DNA of 64,000 bases, taken from the human T2T-CHM13v2.0 reference genome, Homo sapiens. Position 1 is the stretch's first letter. Each line of letters starts with the position of its first letter. The stretch lies in assembly GCF_009914755.1 (NCBI RefSeq), contig NC_060925.1; one strand, 5' to 3'. A program made the position numbers and the translations under genes. This document shows positions 43,908 through 64,000 of the stretch, piece after piece. Below the pieces are notes generated by a model. It was given only the letters and a program-made list of their open reading frames with translations, had not been told where the DNA came from and did not search any database.

Positions 43908-43928
43908 AGCTAGAACAACCATCCTTAG
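43908..43928 (-). CDS. HORMAD1: HORMAD1 exon 6, 21-nt microexon (LRMVVLA)
   Basis: cag|CTAAGG...CTAGCT|GTAAGT. Confidence 0.92.
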
Positions 43929-44581
43929 CTGAAATACAACAAAGAACAAAAATCTTACTTGTAGTCTATAAAATAATTTTTCATTACGAATCATAAGAAT
44001 TCTTTGTCCTATTTCAACATGTATTCCTAATAACAAATAATCATTGCAGATCTTGACTGCATAAGATCAATGCCTATAATGCAGTACCTTAGATATGCTT
44101 CCCTATCCCCTGAAATATCTATTGCTACTAAAATTACTGATGATTGAAATTCATGTCAGCACTTTATTTCATTGACTTAAGCAAAAAGGACATTACTGCC
44201 AGTTACAAGGAAAAAATATATATATTGTGAAATAACACAATATATGTGTTATACTGAAAACAATGAGAACTGATTTTGAAAAAAGAAAAAGCAGAGTTCA
44301 GGGCCCTATGAATTCAACAGAGGGAGGAAGTTTTGGAGACCATAGGAAAAGAAAATCATAGAAAATAATTTAATCAAGTGATCTGCCAAAAATCTAAGAG
44401 TCATCCTTGATTCTGATCTTTTCCTTGTATTACACAACCAGTCCATCAACAAATCCAATCACTTCTACTGCCAAATCTATCCTGAATCTCCTCTCTCTGC
44501 TATCCTGGTCTAAGCAACCATTATTTCTCACCAGTACTACAGTAATGGCCTAGGTGCTATTCTCCTTACTCCCAATCTTAA

Positions 44582-44800
<219 letters not shown>

Positions 44801-45477
44801 TAGTAGAGACAAGGTTTCACCATGTTGGCCAGGCTGGTCTCAAACTCCTAACCTTAGGTGATCCACGTGTCTTGGCCTCCCAAGGTGCTAGGATTACAGG
44901 CATGAGCCACCACGCCTGGCCTAAAACAATTTTTAAATGTAAATCAAATATTACATTTCTATGTATAAGCTTTGAATGGCTTTTCTTTGCACCTAAAATA
45001 AAAGCCACTGAGTGCTCTGGCCCTGCTTATCTGCCCAGGCTCATCTCATGTTATTCTCCCCCACTGGACAATTGCCCTCAGTCATATTGGCCTTCTTTTT
45101 GTTCCTGGAACTCTCTAAACTTCCAATTCTTTGCATTTGCTGCTCTGCCAGGAGTATTCTCTCCTAAAATCAATGCCTGGCTGGTTTCTTCTCATTCAGG
45201 TCTCTTCAATGTCACTTCCTCAGAGAAGCTCCTATGACCATCCCATCTAAAGTTACTTCACCTTTCCATTTACCACATACTTTTGCTAAAAATTTTAATG
45301 GCAATTTAACATTATTGAAAAGTATATGATTTGTTTTATTAACTACTTGTTTTCCTACTATACAAGGGACCTTTTTTGTTTTGTTGATCACTGTTAGCTT
45401 ACCCAGTTCCTACCTAGAAGAGATGCCTAACACGTAACGGGCGCTCAATATTTACTACGCCTTAATGGGGAAGATTA

Positions 45478-45645
<168 letters not shown>

Positions 45646-46159
45646 CTAGTGCTGGACTTCATTATGCAAGTTGGTACTAAATTATACTAAGTATGCAGAA
45701 AGGATTACAATACATCTTAAAACCTTCTTAATTTTGCTAATTCAGAATTTGTGACAATTTAACCTAGATTATGTGGAAATTTATTTTTGAACCCTAATAA
45801 GGAAATAATTTATTAAATTATTAGTATAAACAAGCTTGTAGAAGGCATGTGAAACTAATGAATAAACTATTTGAAAAGACTCTTTAATTCATTAACTTTT
45901 TTGTAAGTTAACACGTGTTATTAATACAAATAAGTGTTAAAAAAACTAGCTTGGAAAAATTTGTTTAGTGTTAATTCCATTATCTTTAAATGAGTTGATG
46001 ATTAGTCTTTAAAATATTCAAATGTTTAGGCTTTTCAGTAATTCAGACTGACCTACACTCAAGTTAGTTCAAATGAATGTTTTACTACATCATAACTCCA
46101 GTTATATTTGTAGATCATAAACTGTAGAAAAAAAAGGATAAAGAGATTGCAAGACTTAC

Positions 46160-46196
46160 ATATTTTTTCTGTAAAGCATCATAACATCCTAGCATC
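46160..46196 (-). CDS. HORMAD1: HORMAD1 exon 5 ((W)MLGCYDALQKKY)
   Basis: 37 nt, canonical sites. Confidence 0.94.
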
Positions 46197-46689
46197 CTAA
46201 AAAAAAAATCAAGGATTCATTTTTAGACTGAATGCATTTCCAGAAAATAGTTATTTTCATAAATTTCCATATTATCTCATTACTAAATAATACAAAAATG
46301 TCTTATTAAAGCTCCCTTCTTATTAACTAGCTTAAAACAAGACAAAACATAAAAAACAATGTGGCAGAAATGTAAAATGATGATAGAGATGGAAGGGAAA
46401 ATACAAAATATCTGACAGCTATTTGTGGGGAACAATAATAAAATAAATAAAGCCTGCTTGCATGGGGCACAAAATAAAGAAACATTTATTTTTAAAATTT
46501 ATTTTTCCAAATACCCAGACTTCAAGGAGAGGAAAACTTCGGTGGAAAATTTAATGACCTACAAAAATGCTATCTAGCATTAAAGGGTGATTCACTAAAA
46601 TTTGGTTAAACACCAAAGGTATCCAAGGTACAAAAAAAAGTAAAATGAGAAAAAAATAATTTTCTCTCTTTAGGTATTCTTTTACTTGC

Positions 46690-46753
46690 CATTTCACTAA
46701 CTGTGTAGATCCTGGGCAATTTTTATCTTCTCTCAGTATTTTGACACAAAGAT
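46690..46753 (-). CDS. HORMAD1: HORMAD1 exon 4 ((D)LCVKILREDKNCPGSTQLVK(W)), GC donor
   Basis: 64 nt; frame with exon 5 requires donor TG|GCAAGT. Confidence 0.92.
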
Positions 46754-46852
46754 CTAAACACAAAAATGATGAAATATAGAGTTACTTAAGAAAAGTAAAC
46801 AACTAGAAATTTTAAATGAAGTTTATTTTCTTCTGCTGTGTATTACAGGTAA

Positions 46853-47014
<162 letters not shown>

Positions 47015-47681
47015 TGACCGGCTAATTTTTGTATTTTTTGGTAGAGACAGGGTTTCCTCATGTTGGGCAGACTAGTCTCGAACTCCTGACCTCAGGTGAC
47101 CCGCCTGCCTCAACCTCCCAAAGTGCTGGGATTACAGGCGTGAGCCACCTTGCCCAGCACAGGTAAATTATTAATAGCAATAATTAATATTATTAATGTA
47201 ATTAAAGGAAGAAAGGTTATATGAAAGTAGTATTTTAATATTTATTATAAGATGCCATCATAATAATTAGGATGCAAGCTGATGGGTACAAAAATATTTC
47301 GTAAAAAACTTATAGAATCCATGAAATTAGATATGTTGCTTTCATGCCATTGTTATACAAGAATCTTAGAATCTTATCCCAGTAAAATACTTGTAAAGGC
47401 CAAGAAGTTAACGGGCTATCAAAAACAAAGAGGCCTGCAAAGAAGCAACATGTAACACAGTGGAAAAGACTGAGAGTCTCTCATATCCTCAGGTACCTTA
47501 ATTGAAAAACAGGTATTTGTAAGACTGCTACATGAATTAACAAGATATCGTATATAACATAGTGCTTAACATATTGCCCAGCACATAACTGGTGTACAAT
47601 ATTATGCATGTATAATGTACTGAGAAATAAGTTATTATTGTAGTATAAACTGGCTGTATTATTATTATTATTTTAATTTAA

Positions 47682-47870
<189 letters not shown>

Positions 47871-48198
47871 TGATTTCTTTCATCATTATAAGCATAATTT
47901 CAGGTAAAATTATACTTGAGAAACTGAGGAAAAATTTTATGATTAAGTGCTTCTAAAGGTATTGAATATATATATATGTATATATTTTAAAACCATTTAG
48001 TTATCCAAACAAAAACAAAAACTTGTACATCAGTGCGGCATTATTCATAATAGCCAAAAAGAGAACCCAAATGTTCATCAACTGATAAAGGGATAAATAA
48101 AATGTGGTACAGCCATGCAATAGAAAATTATTCAGCAACAAAAAGGGATGAAGCACTGATCCATGCTACAATACGGAGGAACCTTGAAAACATGCTAA

Positions 48199-48360
<162 letters not shown>

Positions 48361-48846
48361 TAGCTGGGACTACAGGCATGCACCACCATGCCCGGCTAAT
48401 TTTTGTATTTTTAGTAGAGACGGGGTTTCACCATGTTGGCCAGGATGGTCTCCATCTCTTGACTTTGTGATCCGCCCGCCTCGGCCTCCCAAAGTGCTGG
48501 GATTACAGGCGTGAGCCACTGCACCCGGCCAGGACCACATTTTATATTATTTCATTTATATGAAATGTCCAGAGTAAGTAAATCTGTACAGACAGAAAGT
48601 AGATTGGTGATTGCCTAGGACTGGGAAGGTTGAGGGGAAGTGCATAGTGCCTTAAGGGGTATGGAGTTTCTTCTTGGGATGAAGAAATGTTCTAAAATTG
48701 ACTGTGGTGATGGTTGTACAAATCTGTTAATTTATTAAAAATCATTGAAATGGGCCGGGCGCGGTGGCTCACGCCTGTAATCACACCACTTTGGGAGGCC
48801 GAGGCGGGCGGATCACAAGGTGAGGAAATCGAGACCATCCTGGCTA

Positions 48847-49023
<177 letters not shown>

Positions 49024-49210
49024 TCAAAAAAAAAAAAAAAAAAAAAATCATTGAAATGTACACTTTAAACAAGTGAACTGTCAGGTACGTGAATTGTATT
49101 AATAAAGCTTCTATTAAAATAAAATTTCTAAGTCAAAAATTATAGTTTTGGAGCAAGCAAAAATAAAAATACCATTTTAAAAGAAAGCTTTAAAATAAAT
49201 ATTGTATTAC

Positions 49211-49355
49211 CATCTAGATATCTTGTTCCATAAGCGCATTCTGGGAATATTCCCCTCAAATACGTGATACAGGATACTGAAACTGCTAGAAGCCTCTTCA
49301 CTAACACCAAAGACTGGTGTTCAGTTGATATCTTATTGGGAAATACCAGTGCACT
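49211..49355 (-). CDS. HORMAD1: HORMAD1 exon 3 (SALVFPNKISTEHQSLVLVKRLLAVSVSCITYLRGIFPECAYGTRYLD)
   Basis: 145 nt; HORMA signature ITYLRGIFPE. Confidence 0.97.
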
Positions 49356-50668
49356 CTAAAATTCAAGGGAAAGTAGAACACTTTATTTAAATTTATTAAA
49401 AATAAAGTTTCTCTTGACTTAACATATATCCAATTTTGTATAATCATAGTACTCACCCCAAGAATTCCTCCCTATATTGGTTAGTAATCCCCCAAAAGTC
49501 AGAGCGGCATGTAAAATGTGAGGGTATTTCTAGGGTAATAGCCTAAAGGACATATGCAAAAAGTATCTAAAAATCTTTTAATTTTTTTTTTTTTATTTTT
49601 AAAAAAATTGAGACAGGATCTCACTGTATTGCCCAGGCTGGAGTGCAGTGGCACAATCACAGCTGCCTACAACCTCCATTGGATGCAAGTTGATGGGCAC
49701 AAAGTATTTCATTAAAAAAGTATAGGCCGGGTGCAGTGGCTCACGCCTGTAATCCCAGCACTTTGGGAGGCTGAGGCGGGTGGATCACAAGGTCAGGAGT
49801 TCAAGACCAGCCTGGCCAAATGGTGAAACCCTGTCTCTACTAAAAATACAAAAATTAGCTGGGCGTGGTGGCAGGCACCTGTAAACCCAGCTACTCTTGT
49901 AATCCCAGCACTTGGGAGGCTGAGGCAGGGAATTGCTTGAGCCCAGGAGGCAGAGGTTGCTGTGAGCCAAGATCGCACCACTGCACTCCAGCCTGAGTGA
50001 CAAAGCGAGACTCCATCTCAAAAAAAAAGTATATAATCATTATATAATTCTTCAGATTATATTCAAATATATCAAATGCTTGTATTTTGAGGATGAATAA
50101 AACAAATGTTAATAGTGGCTGGTATTTTAAAAACACCTTTTTGGGACACCCATATAAAGTGTTTTTCAGTTTAATGGTTTTTAGTTTATTCACAGAGGTG
50201 TGTGTGCAACAATCACCACCAATTTCATAACATTTTCTTCATCCCAAAAAGGAAACCCATACCAATTAGCAATCACTCCCTGTCCCTTATCCCATCCCAC
50301 GTCCTACCCATTAGCCTATCTGTCCCTATAAATTTGCCTATTCTAGACATTTCATATATCCTCGCACAACCTCTAAAGTAGCTGAGACTACAGGCGTTGC
50401 ACCACCATGCCTGGCTAATTTTTTTTTTTTTTTTTTTGTAGAGATGAGATCTCACTATGTTACCCAGGCTGACCTCAAACTCTTGCGCTCAAGCAATCCT
50501 CTCACCTCAGCCTCAGCTCAAAAAGTACCTAAAAATCTTAAGAACCCCCTTGCAGATTAACTGTCTGTAAATGCATAACACATGGATAGATTACATTGAT
50601 TTTTCTCTTTGGTCACTGAGTAGGTATAACAGAGGTTAAGTGTAATGCAAAATCCTATACAAATATAG

Positions 50669-50932
<264 letters not shown>

Positions 50933-51211
50933 TGAACAATAATTTCATCAAAGCAACAAAGCAGTATTCATTAATACCTAATGTAAATTAAATGTGAATG
51001 AGCAATTTAATGCAATGCAGCAAACATCCAATAGAATTCTCAATTAATTCAAAATACTTCAGCAAATATCTTCATTTCTTAAAACATGCAGTTTCCTGGT
51101 ATCATAAAACCCTCAAATAGTTGAGCCCTAACTTCCAACAGAGTATTTGAGACTTCAAGAAACAATAAAAGCAGCTATTATTAAGATATACCAAAATACA
51201 AGAAATCATAC

Positions 51212-51244
51212 CATGGGAGTCCTCTGCAACTGGGCAGTGGCCAT
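51212..51244 (-). CDS. HORMAD1: HORMAD1 exon 2 coding part (MATAQLQRTPM); exon spans 51212-51277
   Basis: Kozak AAGATGG; acceptor aag at 51278-80; donor GTATGA. Coding exons sum to 1185 nt = 394 aa + stop. Confidence 0.95.
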
Positions 51245-51594
51245 CTTCTTCTGATAAAGTATTTTCTTTAATTCAACCTTGTGACACAAATACAAGCTTT
51301 AACTTAGAGCTCATTTTTTTCCTCTAACATTTCAGTTTACCACATATAAAATTCAAAACAATTTTATGTGAATAAATTTGAATTTCTTTAATTAAAATAG
51401 AGTCTTCAAAAACGTAGAGGTCGATATTGCAGTAGAACCATTTTGAGTAGGGTCCTGATTTGAAGCCATTTGACTAGCAAGTCTCAAACAAATGGGTTAT
51501 TAAGAAACTGTTTAAGAGAACTTTTTAAAAAGGCACAATCTTCCTATTTTTATTCCCTATACAAATTCAAACAATGACAACATTGTACAGGTAG

Positions 51595-52253
<659 letters not shown>

Positions 52254-52559
52254 CCCAGTTTCACTTTTCTTAATCAGACAATTCAGCTGGAAGAGTTTAC
52301 TAAAGAGGCAAACTTCATAGAAGAACCTATTTACGTTAAACGTTTAAATTTATCCTGACAAATCCTGAATTCGCCGTCCGTACTCACCCCATCTCAAGAA
52401 CCTCTGTTGACAAGTAAGTGGGTATACATTTTTACCGCAAATGTTTTACCACTAAGACCTTAAGAAACTTAAAAGTAGGGGGAAGCTGACAGACAAAGAG
52501 ATTAAAAAGTAAAATATACGCACACACACACAGATATATACACACTAATATATATTACA

Positions 52560-59457
<6,898 letters not shown>

Positions 59458-59679
59458 TTTTAAAAAAATTTTCTTCAAGTCATCTTGCATACTACTGTCT
59501 AGAAATTGTTCCAGAATAAATTCTAAATGTTTTTGTTTTAAATTTATATTTTTAGATAATTTTTTATCTCTATAAGTTTGAAATTACTTATTGTTAATAA
59601 TTTCCCTTTATATTGGGCATACAGTGAAGATTTTTAAAAAGTATTTCATTATTCTACTTGCTTAGTTCAGGCATTCTTT

Positions 59680-61408
59680 TTTTTTTTTTTTTTTTAATTT
59701 ATTTTTTTATTGATAATTCTTGGGTGTTTCTCACAGAGGGGGATTTGGCAGGGTCATGGGACAATAGTGGAGGGAAGGTCAGCAGATAAACAAGTGAACA
59801 AAGGACTCTGGTTTTCCTAGGCAGAGGACCCTGCGGCCTTCCGCAGTGTTTGTGTCCCTGGGTACTTGAGATTAGGGAGTGGTGATGACTCTTAACGAGC
59901 ATGCTGCCTTCAAGCATCTGTTTAACAAAGCACATCTTGCACCGCCCTTAATCCATTTAACCCTGAGTGGACACAGCACATGTTTCAGAGAGCACAGGGT
60001 TGGGGGTAAGGTCACAGATCAACAGGATCCCAAGGCAGAGGAATTTTTCTTAGTGCAGAACAAAATGAAAAGTCTCCCATGTCTACTTCTTTCTACACAG
60101 ACACGGCAACTATCCGATTTCTCAATCTTTTCCCCACCTTGCCTGCCTTTCTATTCCACAAAGCCGCCATTGTCATCCTGGCCCGTTCTCAATGAGCTGT
60201 TGGGCACACCTCCCGGACGGGGCGGCTGGCCGGGCAGAGGGGCTCCTCACTTCCCAGTAGGGGCGGCCGGGCAGAGGCGCCCCTCACCTCCCGGACGGGG
60301 CGGCTGGCCGGGCAGGGGGGCTGACCCCCCCCACCTCCCTCCCGGACGGGGTGGCTGGCCGGGCGGGGGGCTGACCCCCCCACCTCCCTCCCGGACGGGG
60401 CGGCTGGCCGGGCGGGGGGCCGACCCCCCCACCTCCCTCCCGGACGGGGCGGCTGGCCGGGCAGAGGGGCTCCTCACTTCCCAGTAGGGGCGGCCGGGCA
60501 GAGGGCTCACCCCCCCACCTCCCTCCCGGACGGGGCGGCTGGCCAGGCGGGGGGCTGACCCCCCCACCTCCCTCCCGGGCGGGGCGGCTGGCCGGGTGGG
60601 GGGGCTGACCCCCACATCTCCCTCCCGGATGGGGTGGCTGGCCGGGCTGAGGGGCTCCTCACTTCCCAGTAGGGGCGGCCGGGCAGAGGCGCCCCTCACC
60701 TCCCGGACGGGGCGGCTGGCCGGGCGGGGGGCTGACCCCCCCACCTGCCTCCCGGACGGGGCGGCTGGCCGGGCGGGGGGCTGACCCCCCCCACCTCCCT
60801 CCCGGATGGGGCGGCTGGCCGGGCGGGGGGCTGACCCCCCCCCACCTCCCTCCCGGACGGGGTGGCTGCCGGGCGGAGACGCTCCTCACTTGCCAGATGG
60901 GGTGGCTGCCGGGCGGAGAGGCTCCTCACTTCTCAGAGGGGGCAGCTGCCGGGCGGAGGGGCTCCTCACTTCTCAGACAGGGTGGCAGCCGGGCAGAGGC
61001 TGCAATCTCGGCACTTTGGGAGGCCAAGGCAGGCGGCTGGGAGGTGTAGGTTGTAGTGAGCCGAGATCACGCCACTGCACTCCAGCCTGGGCACCATTGA
61101 GCACTGAGTGAACGAGACTCCGTCTGCAATCCCGGCACCTCGGGAGGCCGAGGTTGGCGGATCACTCGCGGTTAGGGGCTGGAGACCGGCCCGGCCAACA
61201 CAGCGAAACCCCGTCTCCACCAAAACCAGTCAGGCGTGGTGGCGCGAGCCTGCAATCGCAGGCACTGGGCAGGCTGAGGCAGGAGAATCAGGCAGGGAGG
61301 TTGCAGTGAGCCGAGATGGCAGCAGTACAGTCCAGCTTCGGCTCCGCATGAGAGGGAGACCGTGGGGAGAGGGGGAGGGGGAGGGGGAGGGGGAGGGGGA
61401 GGGAGAGC
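59680..61408 (-). mobile_element. Full-length SVA retrotransposon (young, D-F type): hexamer head, Alu-like region, VNTR, SINE-R, poly-A
   Basis: Poly-T at ~59680; SINE-R ~59700-60200; GC-rich VNTR ~60205-60995; Alu-like ~61000-61360; (GGGGGA)5 head 61371-61400; 16-bp TSD agttcaggcattcttt at 59664-79 and 61409-24. Confidence 0.98.
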
Positions 61409-61599
61409 AGTTCAGGCATTCTTTACTTGAGAGCCACAACTCTCAAAGTCTCCTTGGATAGAATTCAGGGAATTTATGAATTTGTATGGGTAAAAAATTC
61501 CATTTTTATTTTTACTAATGTAGGGGAGAACATATGTTTCCTTCTATCCATCCTAGGTTTAGGGCTGAGATCTCTATAACAAAAGAGAGATTCGCAAGA

Positions 61600-64000
<2,401 letters not shown>

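Noticed and set aside
60205-60995. Repeat array superficially like a CRISPR or novel tandem array
   Set aside because: Units are contiguous with no unique spacers; standard SVA VNTR in a primate genome.
59699-61461. Long Gly/Pro/Arg-rich ORFs (up to 202 aa)
   Set aside because: Arise from the stop-poor SVA VNTR, SINE-R and hexamer.

Overview
Human (or very close hominid) genomic DNA, recognisable as chr1q21.3. Three genes lie head-to-tail on the minus strand. From right to left: the long 3'UTR of CTSS (~61.6-64 kb, no coding exon in window), the complete meiotic gene HORMAD1 (15 exons; my hand-spliced CDS gives an intact 394-aa protein) and the 5' part of GOLPH3L (exon 1, coding exon 2 and >26 kb of Alu-dense intron 2). 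Mobile elements include about 70 Alus, a full-length SVA co-oriented ~7 kb upstream of HORMAD1, a HERV-K(HML-2) LTR5 solo LTR antisense in HORMAD1 intron 7, a U6-L1 chimeric retrocopy, a near full-length Tigger1, an MLT1 LTR, an ERV1 LTR nested in a hAT element, and old L1/L2/MIR remnants. Almost all ORFs in the supplied track are repeat-derived. The best leads are: (1) the CTSS-polyA/LTR -> SVA -> HORMAD1 -> GOLPH3L tandem arrangement, with frame-compatible read-through splicing (HORMAD1 exon 14 to GOLPH3L exon 2); (2) tandem exon-1 donors that toggle a junction-created uORF in HORMAD1; (3) a recursive-splice-like site at the GOLPH3L start exon; (4) template-switch and fold-back scars in Alus. 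Gene names, repeat subfamilies and prior-literature remarks come from memory, not from searches.
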